A stretch of DNA of 64,000 bases from a phage. The notes below the pieces were generated by a model. It had not been told where the DNA came from. It worked only from the letters and a program-made list of their open reading frames with translations, and did not search any database. Made by a program: the position numbers and the translations under genes. Shown here one piece after another: positions 19,901 to 29,152 of this stretch; positions within the stretch are counted from its first letter, which is position 1; each line of letters opens with the position of its first letter. The DNA lies in NCBI GenBank assembly GCA_012690745.1, contig GCA_012690745.1_4086.1; one strand, given 5' to 3'.

Positions 19901-22448
19901 TTGCAATAGTTGCATCAGTACTTTGAAGTTTAGGTAGAACACTACTAATTGTGGATTCATTACTAACAATTGCACCAGTACTAGTTAAAGATTTGACAGT
20001 AACATCAGCCGTAGTAAGATCTACTGTACCATTAACAGTTAGGTTACCACCAATAGTTGCACCAGCAGTAGTAGTAATGGATTTAGCATTAACATCAGTT
20101 GTTGCTAGATCGATAGAGCCTGGAATAACTGCACCAGTAACAGTTAGGTCACCAGTTACATTTGTATTATTGGAAATAGTGACACCACTTGCATTTGAAA
20201 TGGTTGGGGTAACCAACGATGCAGTTGTAGTTTCACCAGTTACAGTTAAAGTTGACCCAACTAGAACAGATGAGCTTGAGTAAATTGTACCCAAATTAGC
20301 AGATCCGGTAACAGTTATATCATCAGCATTAACAGTAGTTGCCGTTATGGTAGTACTATTAAGTACTGGAAGTACGTTAGCATTAACAAGATCATTACTT
20401 TTAACAATACCAGAAGTAGTTAATGATTTAACATTAAGGTCGGCTGCTGATAAATCAAAAGAGCCTTGAACTACTAAATCACCACCAATAGTTGCACCAG
20501 CAGTAGTAGTGATTGATTTAGCATTAATATCGGTAGTGCTCAAGTCTAGAGAACCAACAGTTAAGCTACCAGTAATATCAACATTTTCTGTAAAGTTAGT
20601 ATTACCACTAATAGTTGGTGCAGTCAGAGTTGTTGCACTAATATTAGTACCGTTAATTGTTTGCCCACTTACAGTTCCACTCGCAGTGATAGTAGGGGCC
20701 GTTACTTCAGTAGATGCACTAATTGTTGGTGCAGATACAGAAGTTGTACCAGTAATAGAACCAGAACTTACTGAACCAGCGGATAATGCACCAGAAAGAG
20801 TTGCAGTTGTACCAGCAATATCACCAGTAACAGTTAGTTTAGCACCCACGGTAGTGTTACCAGTACTTTCAAGTGTTGCACCTTTAATATTTGCTGCCGC
20901 GACAACAGAATTAGGTGTTAGATCCTGCCCACTAACATCAACAGTTAGTCCAGTTACTGTTCCAGTAAATTCAACATCATTAAGAATTGCTTTACCACCA
21001 ACTTGTAGGAATGGTGTACCTGGAGCTTGTGTTTCGTTACCAGTAATAGTTAGGTAATCTAGTTTGTTTAGACCGTTACCAGTAATACCATAAGTGGAAA
21101 GAGAAGCGTTACCGAAAGTTGCTGTTTTAAGAACGTTCAATGTAGAAGGAGAAACGACTTCTGATTGAACTTCGTTAGGTAGAATAACTGTTGGGCGTTG
21201 ACCTGGTGCAGTATATCCAAAACCTAGTTTCACTGCCGCATCTTGACTATTTTGACCTAAGCTGATAGCTTTAAAGGATGCAGTACTGTTATAACCAGTA
21301 ATATTAGAACCAAGAGTAACACCACCAACTAATGAAGTTACACCAGTAACGTTCAAAGATACTGCATTAATATCGTCTAGTTGGAACGTTCCACCAAGAA
21401 GACCAGAAACATTAATGTTATTAAAATTAGCAGTACCAGTACTTTCGATATTTGGAATAGTTGCAGTTCCGGTTACTTCAAAGTCAGCAACTTTAGTTTT
21501 TCCTTTTTGAACTTCTAATAGTGGTGTGTCTGGTGATTGTGTATTGTTACCAGAAACTGTTAGATAATCTAATTTGTTTAGACCATTACCAGTAATACCA
21601 TAAGAAGATAATGACGCATTACCAAAAGAAGCAGAGGTCAATACTGTCAAGTTTGCAGGTGACATTAGCTCGGACTGAATTTCGTTTTGTAGAATAACAG
21701 TTGGGCGTTTACCAGGAGCAGTGTAAGGGAAGCTTAATCTGAAGGTTTGTGATTCAGAGTTAGAACCAATACGAATGTCTTTAAAAGTAGCAGTACTGTT
21801 AATACCAGTTACGTTAGCACCGAAAGTTACTGCACCTTGTTGGTTAGATGCACCAGTAACGTTCAATGTTACTGCATTTAAGTCAGATAGATTAAACTCA
21901 CCACCAAGTGTACCACTAATTGTCACATCGTTAAATGTAGCAGTACCAGTACTACTAATATCTGTTGTACTTACATTAGTAATTTCTGCGGTATTAGCAG
22001 TAATTTTATCAAATGCAGCAGTAGTCCCAACATCAGCAGTAATATTACCTTTAAATGCTGTTGTTTCAGCAACTTCTAAGTTTTTAACTTTAGTTGCTTG
22101 TAGAGTGGTTGTACCAGCAGTTTGTGTAAAATCAGAACCAACTGATACAGTACCGTTAAAGGTAGCGTTTGAATTAATTGTTGCTGTATCAGACCCGACA
22201 ACTGCACTACCGATTGTAGTATTACCCTCAACACCAAGACCACCAGAAAGTGTTGCTTTGCCACCTACATCTAAAGTAGATGTAATGTTGGCAGTTGATG
22301 ATTCAATGGCAGTAAAAGTTGCATTTGCAAAAGTTACAGTACCATTTACAGTTAGGTTATTGTTGAAAACAGCATTTCCTTTGACTAAAAGATCCTTACC
22401 AACCGTACCAGCACCAGTAATATCTAAGTCAGTTTTTATTGAGTACAT
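16923..22448 (-). CDS. giant repeat-containing tail fibre / adhesin-like protein (1841 aa)
   Basis: Continuous ORF, Thr/Gly/Ser/Val-rich. Two ~170-aa tandem units (aa ~152-495) and about three and a half ~140-aa tandem units (aa ~620-1110). Low stop-codon content generates spurious antisense ORFs. Confidence 0.75.
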   Translation of the reverse strand: MYSIKTDLDITGAGTVGKDLLVKGNAVFNNNLTVNGTVTFANATFTAIESSTANITSTLDVGGKATLSGGLGVEGNTTIGSAVVGSDTATINSNATFNGTVSVGSDFTQTAGTTTLQATKVKNLEVAETTAFKGNITADVGTTAAFDKITANTAEITNVSTTDISSTGTATFNDVTISGTLGGEFNLSDLNAVTLNVTGASNQQGAVTFGANVTGINSTATFKDIRIGSNSESQTFRLSFPYTAPGKRPTVILQNEIQSELMSPANLTVLTSASFGNASLSSYGITGNGLNKLDYLTVSGNNTQSPDTPLLEVQKGKTKVADFEVTGTATIPNIESTGTANFNNINVSGLLGGTFQLDDINAVSLNVTGVTSLVGGVTLGSNITGYNSTASFKAISLGQNSQDAAVKLGFGYTAPGQRPTVILPNEVQSEVVSPSTLNVLKTATFGNASLSTYGITGNGLNKLDYLTITGNETQAPGTPFLQVGGKAILNDVEFTGTVTGLTVDVSGQDLTPNSVVAAANIKGATLESTGNTTVGAKLTVTGDIAGTTATLSGALSAGSVSSGSITGTTSVSAPTISASTEVTAPTITASGTVSGQTINGTNISATTLTAPTISGNTNFTENVDITGSLTVGSLDLSTTDINAKSITTTAGATIGGDLVVQGSFDLSAADLNVKSLTTSGIVKSNDLVNANVLPVLNSTTITATTVNADDITVTGSANLGTIYSSSSVLVGSTLTVTGETTTASLVTPTISNASGVTISNNTNVTGDLTVTGAVIPGSIDLATTDVNAKSITTTAGATIGGNLTVNGTVDLTTADVTVKSLTSTGAIVSNESTISSVLPKLQSTDATIATLGSTTANITNLNVTGASTVADVTSSGKVKAVSVETPTISNVDGVSISNNTSITGDLTVSGTVTPGAIDLSTTDVSAKSITTTAGANIGGDLVVSGTVDLSGADVSVKSLTSTGIITVSSAEGINVLPKVQSTEVTVSALNATNAVVSGDVSAATASISGAITGGSATLSGVGTALNVTNNATVGGVLTVGSITSAAENVSITKNTAITGNLAVSGTLTAGVIDLSTTDVSVKTLTSLGDATVQGNLTVDGTINLSSANIVGVTLESTGSTTVGTDLILTTGNITGSPSISGNLGVTGTTTLTGATTVSNTLNTAGKLTVNAGGIQVVAGGIQVDSGTITASSANISGSSTLNSATVTTTLGVTGAASMNGGLTASTLDVTGDSTVQKLTVKGVFVPEGGLDLSGADLSVNSVTAATTLSVTGASTLTGGVSTSTVTASGKVTAQELSTGTLDVTTNGTVGGTLGVTGKATVGSLDSGAISATSGTFSTTLDVTGAATFGNNVNITGTLTPGALDLASTDVVANSLSVATTLHSDGNATIGGTLGVTGAVSAPSIALNGEGAALAVTNNATIGGTLGVTGATTLGSLTTSGAVKTGADVIIGTKIGDQPETVQIFPNTYIAGSLRVDGGINADIDVSGQTIEPYAVVAADTISAAGNITSGAELISKSATIGDVGSQNNNLTINGNVVNNGNFTVTGLLNATLNQANSDVAVKSLTATNSVAAGTSITAGTSITATGLLKGNTLEVTTTGSFGGAVTMSSGANITGTVGITSGNLTVGGDISATGTATLAATSVTTITTSGAATLASASVTGAATIGGTLTVTGLMTANGSVVLGDAAADTLTVNATSSFKENAVFDKDVTVTGQLTTTNADLTTTTVTTKKYDVIPNQVTSSVIAPTGTWTPDGTSNVYFITLDQDTTLAPITGLIGGGKASSVYIYVKQDATGNRNFTTDGTYAVVDGTLNKTANSVTIYQVIYDGVSPVTDMFIAQRTA
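19121..20591 (-). repeat. intragenic tandem repeats (about 3.5 units of ~420 bp) in the giant fibre gene
   Basis: Repeated protein module G(S/A)(L/I)DL.TTD(I/V)(N/S)AKSITTTAGA(T/N)IGG.L.V.G..DL..AD..VKSLT(T/S)(S/T)G; also visible as near-identical antisense ORFs 19528-19926 and 19951-20283. Confidence 0.8.
20966..21995 (-). repeat. intragenic tandem duplication (2 units of ~510 bp) in the giant fibre gene
   Basis: Protein units ...GGEFNLSDLNAVTLNVTGAS...FPYTAPGKRPTVILQNEIQSE...SSYGITGNGLNKLDYLTVSGN... and ...GGTFQLDDINAVSLNVTGVT...GYTAPGQRPTVILPNEVQSE...STYGITGNGLNKLDYLTITGN... Confidence 0.8.
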
Positions 22449-22544
22449 TTATACCCTCCATTATAACCTTGTTAATATGTATATATTTAGTTTTATTATG
22501 CTGTTATCCAACAATTAATATGTTATTTGACAAAAGCAAATATA

Positions 22545-22587
22545 ATAAAAACCAGACTTATTTAGAACAAGTCTGGTTAATTTTTTT
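22545..22587 (-). terminator. intrinsic terminator (minus strand) after ORF 22586-23482
   Basis: AACCAGACTT...AAGTCTGGTT stem with T-runs on both strands. Confidence 0.55.
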
Positions 22588-23482
22588 ACTTACCAGAGAT
22601 GACAATCTTACCACTGAAAGAAATATCAGAAGTGAAGATTACATCACCAGTACTACTAATTTGTGTATCAGTCACTACCAATTCAAATGGAGATGACGAA
22701 ACACTCCCAGGTGTTTTATTTGCATAAATTGAAATATACAAATTATCTGGTGTTTGATTGTGTTCAGATGCAGGAATAGTGATTGTAAAATCACCATCAC
22801 TAGAAACCCAATCTGCTTGGTTTACCAATTTACTATAAGGTACTGTCATTGTTGTTGCTCCTATAATGTTTACTTTAACACTTGCATAATCTGTGATTTG
22901 ACCAATCACATCAATTGTTATATCCCCAATACCACTAACTGTTACTGTGGTTTGGAATACTGATTCCAATGCAACATTACCTGGGTCACCTTGTAGTTGG
23001 ATCATAATATCAGAACCTCTACCATGAACTGATTCTGGTAGTGTGTAAGTATAATGATCAGTAGTATCTGGCACTAATGTAAATGCAGAAACAGGAACTA
23101 TTTCAGTAGTTACATATGAGCTATCAGTCCCAGGTGAGCTACCTTTAAATGGTTTCCAAATACCAAGATCTTTAATATAAATTTGAAGAACATTAGTACT
23201 ATCAACCAAAAAGTAAACGTCACCATCTAGACCGATCGAATCGGATGGTGCTGTTGTTCCACGTAAGATACCAGAACTACCACCACCACTGTGTGCGTTT
23301 AAATATCCCAATGTAACCAAGTGTGTGTTTGCAGTTGGTTCACCTGCTGAAATTGGAAGAAGTTGTGTTCCTGAGTAGTTTTGAATTTGCACAACACTAC
23401 CATTTGTGGTAATCTGTGCACCATTCTTCCCAAGAATGAAGGACTTCTTCATGGTTCCTTCTAAATTAGAAAAAACTGCCAT
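22586..23482 (-). CDS. tail fibre/spike protein with N-terminal anchor shared with ORF 23499-25640
   Basis: 298 aa; N-terminus MAVFSNLEGTMKKSFILGKNGAQ closely matches MAVFSNFEGTMQPKFILGKKGAS of the upstream gene. Confidence 0.55.
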   Translation of the reverse strand: MAVFSNLEGTMKKSFILGKNGAQITTNGSVVQIQNYSGTQLLPISAGEPTANTHLVTLGYLNAHSGGGSSGILRGTTAPSDSIGLDGDVYFLVDSTNVLQIYIKDLGIWKPFKGSSPGTDSSYVTTEIVPVSAFTLVPDTTDHYTYTLPESVHGRGSDIMIQLQGDPGNVALESVFQTTVTVSGIGDITIDVIGQITDYASVKVNIIGATTMTVPYSKLVNQADWVSSDGDFTITIPASEHNQTPDNLYISIYANKTPGSVSSSPFELVVTDTQISSTGDVIFTSDISFSGKIVISGK

Positions 23483-23498
23483 TTTAATATAATCTCCT

Positions 23499-25640
23499 TT
23501 ATGGTAGGGTTATGTAAGTTACGGGTTGGGCAGCTTTTAATGCTGCACCAGCGGCAGTTGCTGTTATGATAGGATCTGCAATATCAATTCTATATACGTT
23601 GTTTACAACATACACTGCACGAGTTATATACGTTCTCAAATCACCACCATTTTCACCAGCACCGGATATAATGATCTCAGTACCAGCAGCTTTTGCATAT
23701 TGGTTTTCACCCCATGACACACCCAATGCTTCTATGTATGTTTGTCCTGCTACCGTTTGTCTAATTGTGTCATATTTTCCGAAAAAAGAACCACCAACAG
23801 TTACAATATATTTTCCACCCGATTGTTTATGAATAATCGTGCCTTCAGAGAAATAGCGTCCCCCAGGAAAAGTATCGTATGGAATATAATATTGCTCAAC
23901 TACAGGTATCAGTACTGGGCCACGGTGTCCTGTACCATCGATTGCAGTTGTAACTTTAAAGTTATTAGATGATTGGTCTATTCTGTCTACATACATTTTA
24001 GAAAAACTATATTTTGAAACATTACAATCATCTTGAACAACACAGTTAGTCCAATTAGTATAAGTATATTTAGAGCGAGTATAGATACCACCACCTTCGC
24101 CTTCGGTAGAGAGGTGTTGACCAATTACATCTAATTCTTTAGTTCTAATATCACTAAATTTAGATGATGATGGCAAACCACGCCAAAGGATTTTAGAACA
24201 GGTGATATTGCTCAATTCTGTATTATTTAACCAATTATCAGAACCGGAAGTATAAACAAGTATAGAAGACTCTGGAATATAGAGATTAGAAATTTTAAAG
24301 TTTCTAGGTGGTCCAGCAAAACGACCAGAAGTTACACCCCAGTTTATTGAAACCATTCTATTTGTGATAGAAGGATCATTAAGCAAATGACCAGTCAACC
24401 CATCAATAATGAATTCTTTCGAACCATAAGTTATAACACCAGCAGTGGTTAATCCAGTACCAACAGAAACTAAAGATGATGGATAAACTTCATTATTAAG
24501 TATTTTAAAGTCCATTCCTAATTCAACGTGGATACATTGTCTAACATTATATAGTCTGTTATTTTTAATAACAAAGTTTCTGACATATTGTGTATCTGGT
24601 GCATCTAAACCATAAGGACCAGAACCAGCAACGCCAATACCAATGCCCCAGTTTGAAAGTGGGATTGGAGCGTTAGAACCATCAACGTTTTCAATTACGT
24701 TTCCTTCAATCACAAAACCATCAGGATAATGTGAGTTAATTACGTTTAGTTCAATTGCATCACCATATATATCATGTATGTGGTTATATGAATATCTACC
24801 AACCTTCATTTTCTCACCAGTACCTTGTTGAAGAACACCATACTTACATTGGGTCATTTCATTAAAGCAAAAATCTATTGTTCCTGGTTGTGTCATACCT
24901 TGCATTAAAAATGCAGCAGTACTTGTGATGTTTATAAATTTATTAAAATAAAACTTACCATCGCCACCGAAGAATTTTAAATAACATCCAGTAAGTGTTG
25001 CAAATTGTATTTGGGAATTAATAACGGATACCATAGTACCACCATTACCAGTAATAGTTCCCCCAAACCAAGTTACATCTTCCAGGTATATTGCAGTTTT
25101 GATACGGTAATTACCACCAGCCTGAATTTGGATTTTATTTTCTTTAGCATAAGCAGCACATAAATTTACAGCAGCAGTGTCATCAGTTTCGCCATCACCT
25201 TTAGCACCAAATTCTTCTGGTGTTATATAAAACTGGGCCTGTTGAACTGTACCTCCAGTAATAAGTCCGATGAAATCGCCACCATTTTTACTGGATATAA
25301 CTTTTTTATTAATGTATAATGATTTTACCCATGTACCATTACTTTTTGCAAAAATATCAACAATACCATCTTCATCAATTTGAAAATACGTATTATTGTT
25401 CTTTCCTACATCATCGGTAGGGGGTACAACACCAAATAATGCATTAGGGTTATCTTCAAGATATTTTACGTTAACTGCTGAATTAGGGTCAGATGAAGTT
25501 CCTACCTTCAGTGGTAGGAACTGTTCTCCTAGATAATCTTTTATAGAAACTGAATCATTGATAAAATTTATTGAAGCACCTTTTTTCCCCAATATGAATT
25601 TGGGCTGCATAGTTCCTTCAAAATTAGAAAATACTGCCAT
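23499..25640 (-). CDS. tail spike / receptor-binding protein (shared N-terminal anchor, large variable body)
   Basis: 713 aa; conserved N-terminal ~25 aa shared with 22586-23482; Gly/Asn/Thr-rich body. Any enzymatic (depolymerase) role is speculative. Confidence 0.55.
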   Translation of the reverse strand: MAVFSNFEGTMQPKFILGKKGASINFINDSVSIKDYLGEQFLPLKVGTSSDPNSAVNVKYLEDNPNALFGVVPPTDDVGKNNNTYFQIDEDGIVDIFAKSNGTWVKSLYINKKVISSKNGGDFIGLITGGTVQQAQFYITPEEFGAKGDGETDDTAAVNLCAAYAKENKIQIQAGGNYRIKTAIYLEDVTWFGGTITGNGGTMVSVINSQIQFATLTGCYLKFFGGDGKFYFNKFINITSTAAFLMQGMTQPGTIDFCFNEMTQCKYGVLQQGTGEKMKVGRYSYNHIHDIYGDAIELNVINSHYPDGFVIEGNVIENVDGSNAPIPLSNWGIGIGVAGSGPYGLDAPDTQYVRNFVIKNNRLYNVRQCIHVELGMDFKILNNEVYPSSLVSVGTGLTTAGVITYGSKEFIIDGLTGHLLNDPSITNRMVSINWGVTSGRFAGPPRNFKISNLYIPESSILVYTSGSDNWLNNTELSNITCSKILWRGLPSSSKFSDIRTKELDVIGQHLSTEGEGGGIYTRSKYTYTNWTNCVVQDDCNVSKYSFSKMYVDRIDQSSNNFKVTTAIDGTGHRGPVLIPVVEQYYIPYDTFPGGRYFSEGTIIHKQSGGKYIVTVGGSFFGKYDTIRQTVAGQTYIEALGVSWGENQYAKAAGTEIIISGAGENGGDLRTYITRAVYVVNNVYRIDIADPIITATAAGAALKAAQPVTYITLP

Positions 25641-25654
25641 TATGACATCCTCCC

Positions 25655-26782
25655 TTAAATATTATCTTGAATCGGTTGGATAGGAGCTTGCCATGAAAGA
25701 GTACAAATAATTTCCATTTTTCCATAAGGACTGTTGTTAACAGAATCGTTGAATACACATGAAATAATTTCATCAACATCGGATGCTGCATGATTAGTTT
25801 CATTAACAATAAAACGCATCTGACGATTGATATCAAAGTAGGAAGTTGGTGCAATTACAGTCCCACCAATATCTTCTTGTGCTTCACCACCAAAACGTAC
25901 AAACATATCAGTTACAGGAAGAGAATAAGGTTGTATAACGTTTACATCAATATTAGAAACTACATATCCAGCAGGACACGTACCAATAACTAATAGTGCG
26001 TTAGTCCATGAGCTATCTATTGTATTTCTAATAGAAATTGTATCTTTACCTGGTGCACCTGGTTCGCCTTGTATACCTTGAATACCTTGCTGACCTTCTT
26101 TACCACGGAATAGAATACCCTCACTCCACTCTTTTGCAGGAGGGGTAGTTGTAGTTACTTCATCAACATAATATAGTTTTCCATCAGTGTTGTTATAAAA
26201 ACAATAATCAACTGGAAGATTTTCAATACTTGGAAATTGATCACCACTGCTATCAATATGGAAACGACCACGCGGACCTTGTTCACCACGGAAAGGTATA
26301 CCATCACTCCAAGTAGCAGTTACACTTTGATAGAAATAAAGTTTACCATCTTGAGTATTATAAAATGTATAGTTATCAAAAAGACCAGTTGTTGGGAAAG
26401 TAGTTCCAGCACTATCAATGTGGAACGGCTTACCCGCTTCACCCGTATCACCTTTACCAAACTCAACACTAATCCATGTACTTGTCGGATCTTGTGCATC
26501 ATTTGATTTAAAGTATAGAGTACTGGTATTGTTAGCCAAGCTTAAGTAGCACCACCCAAGTGGTTCACCAACTTTAAATTGTTCGGAAGGAATTTCAAAA
26601 CCAATCTCATTAGGATAAAAGTTTTTACCATTCTCGCCATTCTGTCCTACAACAAGACCTAAATCTTGAATTGTGTTATCTGCATAGGTTACAATTAAAT
26701 GCCCAGCACCATTAATAACTAGACTTTTGATGCCGGAGTTATTACATGAACCACTGGACCCATTGTTAAATGAAATTGTCAT
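25655..26782 (-). CDS. collagen-like repeat-containing tail fibre protein
   Basis: Gly-X-Y runs (GKEGQQGIQGIQGEPGAPGKD, GEQGPRGR, GQNGENGKN) interspersed with a repeated module FHIDS.G..FP...Y.FYN.DGKLY. ORF track starts at a TTG (26818); first ATG with RBS AAGGGAAA is at 26782. Confidence 0.65.
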   Translation of the reverse strand: MTISFNNGSSGSCNNSGIKSLVINGAGHLIVTYADNTIQDLGLVVGQNGENGKNFYPNEIGFEIPSEQFKVGEPLGWCYLSLANNTSTLYFKSNDAQDPTSTWISVEFGKGDTGEAGKPFHIDSAGTTFPTTGLFDNYTFYNTQDGKLYFYQSVTATWSDGIPFRGEQGPRGRFHIDSSGDQFPSIENLPVDYCFYNNTDGKLYYVDEVTTTTPPAKEWSEGILFRGKEGQQGIQGIQGEPGAPGKDTISIRNTIDSSWTNALLVIGTCPAGYVVSNIDVNVIQPYSLPVTDMFVRFGGEAQEDIGGTVIAPTSYFDINRQMRFIVNETNHAASDVDEIISCVFNDSVNNSPYGKMEIICTLSWQAPIQPIQDNI

Positions 26783-26892
26783 AATATTTCCCTTGTATGA
26801 GTTAATGTCATATACCAATATTTATCAGTACAAAATACATTTCGTTATCATTAATAAATAAATGAAAGTTCACTACTAAAAGGGCTTAAACA

Positions 26893-27390
26893 ATGGCATT
26901 AAGATCAAAAGACTTTCTCTTCAGAAGAAAAACAAAAGATGGTTCATGGCAAGATTTTCCTGAATCTGATAGCTGGTATCCAGCTAACTTGGATTATCAC
27001 TGGAATGAACAAACGTTACCACTCGCAAGTGGTGGCTACTATGGATGTACTACAGGTTTACATACTATTTCATTTACACTACGTAATTTTATTGGTAGAA
27101 TTTATGTATTAGCTACATTAGCTAGTAATCCTACTGATGATGATTGGTTTCCAATTAAATTCACTGAAAGTTGTAATTATTATCTTGAATTTACTGATAT
27201 GGTTATTTTAAATCCAAATGGTGGGGATTTAATTAGACAACAAGGAACTACCGGAACATTTGCTGAAACAGTAACTGGTAATTTTACTTACCTTAAAGTT
27301 GGTATAGACCGTGATTATATTAGTAAGTATCCATCAGATGTCCAAAAAAGTTTAGCTGGGAAGTTAGAACAAATTTTAATTAACTACTAA
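26893..27390 (+). CDS. hypothetical protein
   Basis: 165-aa ORF diverging from the fibre cluster. Confidence 0.45.
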   Translation: MALRSKDFLFRRKTKDGSWQDFPESDSWYPANLDYHWNEQTLPLASGGYYGCTTGLHTISFTLRNFIGRIYVLATLASNPTDDDWFPIKFTESCNYYLEFTDMVILNPNGGDLIRQQGTTGTFAETVTGNFTYLKVGIDRDYISKYPSDVQKSLAGKLEQILINY

Positions 27391-27399
27391 GGATTAGAA

Positions 27400-28008
27400 A
27401 TGAAATTAGAAACAGAACAACCAAAACTATTTGTTAAAGGTCATGTCCTAATTACTGACGTTACTGATCCATCAAATCAAAAAATCGTTTTAGATAAATC
27501 TAACGCTATTCACCCTGAAAATATGAGTACTGCCATTGCTAATGCGTTAGCATATAATCAAGACAGTACTGGTATTCCTATTGGTTCTATTAGCGAGATG
27601 CGTTTTGGTAATGGTGGTACAGTAGTTTTAAGTACTGGTCGTGTTACTTATAAAAAACCACGTGTTACATCATTTGGTGGTTTGTATTCACAAACATATT
27701 TGAAAAAAATCAACCCACGAATTACGGCAGGTATTGATTCACAATACAATAATATTACAACTGTACATATACCAGGACAGTCCTATACTGATATTGTATG
27801 TATTTGTACTCTAGGGTTAGGTGAACCATCCGACCAAGGTGTAAGCTCAGGGACAAGCATGGATGGAACTTATGTGTTTGATGAATTGGGATTATACACG
27901 GATGGCGATAGTGGTATTCCTTTAACCCATATCATTTTTCACCCAGTTGAGAAAAGTGCAAACCGTGTCTTACAAATTAAATACACAGTTCGTGTACAAT
28001 TACAATAA
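27400..28008 (+). CDS. hypothetical protein (possible virion component)
   Basis: 202-aa ORF, RBS AAGGA, tightly spaced with neighbours. Confidence 0.45.
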   Translation: MKLETEQPKLFVKGHVLITDVTDPSNQKIVLDKSNAIHPENMSTAIANALAYNQDSTGIPIGSISEMRFGNGGTVVLSTGRVTYKKPRVTSFGGLYSQTYLKKINPRITAGIDSQYNNITTVHIPGQSYTDIVCICTLGLGEPSDQGVSSGTSMDGTYVFDELGLYTDGDSGIPLTHIIFHPVEKSANRVLQIKYTVRVQLQ

Positions 28009-28020
28009 TGGGGACATATA

Positions 28021-29121
28021 ATGAGTGTTAATTATACAATTTATAGAAGTAATGGTAGTGTTTATGCTACCATTCCAAATAATGTTATTTTAGGACCAAA
28101 CCAGCCCGGAAGTAACCCAGTTCCGTTAAATTTAGTTGGTAGAAATAAAGTAAGTTACGGTCAAGCATGGAATGAAAACTTTTTACATTTAGTTGAAAAT
28201 TTCAGTTCAGCATCTGCACCACGTGGCAACGTCAATGGTCAACTTTGGTATAGAAACACTGGTAGTACTGGTGAGTTATTGATATCATTAGTTGATAATG
28301 CTAGACAACCTGCTGATATGGTAAGTGAAGCTGAGTGGGCGTCTATCCCTATGATTACTGTTTTTAACACAGTGCCTGATGGTGAAAATAGTGTTATGGG
28401 TCGTATGGTATTAACTAGTAACGGTGATTCTCTTCGTGTGTTAATGAAAAACAAAGAATGGCGTGAAATTCAAACATCTAGACCAGAAAACAAAGAGTAT
28501 TCATCATTATTAGATATTAACTATGATAATGGTAAAAAATATATAGAGTTCACACAAAGTAATAGTACTAAACCAATTGCGTATTTTAACTTAGGTGGTA
28601 CTTCACAAGTAGATACAAATAACTGGACAACATTAACTAATGGTACTGGTGTCTTTGAATTTGGTAGCAACTATTTCTATGAATTAAAAATTATGATTAG
28701 AGAAGTAAATGATTCTTCTGGTGAGATAGTTTCTCTTCCATACAATTCAAAAACCTTTTTTATAAAAGGGCAATTTTATGTAGATAATCAAGGAACTTTT
28801 GTTCCTGGTTCGGTGGGGGCAAGTCAAATGCCAGACCCACGTAGGATTACACAATTAGAATCCATAAAAGATGTTATTACCAGTAGTCGCCCAAACTGGG
28901 ACGTAAATATTGTTATTAATGGTGTAGATCCATCTATCCCAAATCCTAATGGAACATCTAAAGCTGATTATGAAAATTGGGTTATCAATTCTCTAAACTC
29001 AAATAAAAATTTAGGTTTTCGAGTTGATGGTAGCATTAGTAATCTAACTGCTGGTGAATCCGTTAAACTACAAGCATCCGTGTTGTTAAATATTACAGGT
29101 ATTCCGATTATTGGAGTATAA
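28021..29121 (+). CDS. hypothetical protein (possible baseplate/fibre-associated)
   Basis: 366-aa ORF, Asn/Ser/Gly-rich, followed by a strong terminator. Confidence 0.45.
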   Translation: MSVNYTIYRSNGSVYATIPNNVILGPNQPGSNPVPLNLVGRNKVSYGQAWNENFLHLVENFSSASAPRGNVNGQLWYRNTGSTGELLISLVDNARQPADMVSEAEWASIPMITVFNTVPDGENSVMGRMVLTSNGDSLRVLMKNKEWREIQTSRPENKEYSSLLDINYDNGKKYIEFTQSNSTKPIAYFNLGGTSQVDTNNWTTLTNGTGVFEFGSNYFYELKIMIREVNDSSGEIVSLPYNSKTFFIKGQFYVDNQGTFVPGSVGASQMPDPRRITQLESIKDVITSSRPNWDVNIVINGVDPSIPNPNGTSKADYENWVINSLNSNKNLGFRVDGSISNLTAGESVKLQASVLLNITGIPIIGV

Positions 29122-29126
29122 AAAAA

Positions 29127-29152
29127 GGAGCCACACGGCTCCTTTTTGTTTT
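29127..29152. terminator. bidirectional intrinsic terminator
   Basis: GGAGCC-acac-GGCTCC followed by TTTTTGTTTT; preceded by an A-run for the opposite strand. Confidence 0.75.

Noticed and set aside
22449-22460. TATAAATA overlapping the start codon of the giant fibre gene as a late promoter
   Set aside because: The motif overlaps the ATG itself, so it cannot serve as a promoter for this gene; other late-promoter-like motifs are too weak in this AT-rich background to call without a genome-wide search.
17350-22518. Series of long plus-strand ORFs (96-247 aa) inside the giant fibre gene
   Set aside because: They are antisense to a continuous 1841-aa ORF with a clear repeat structure. Their Val/Pro/Thr/Ala-rich products mirror the Thr/Gly-rich coding strand, the expected artefact of low stop-codon frequency.
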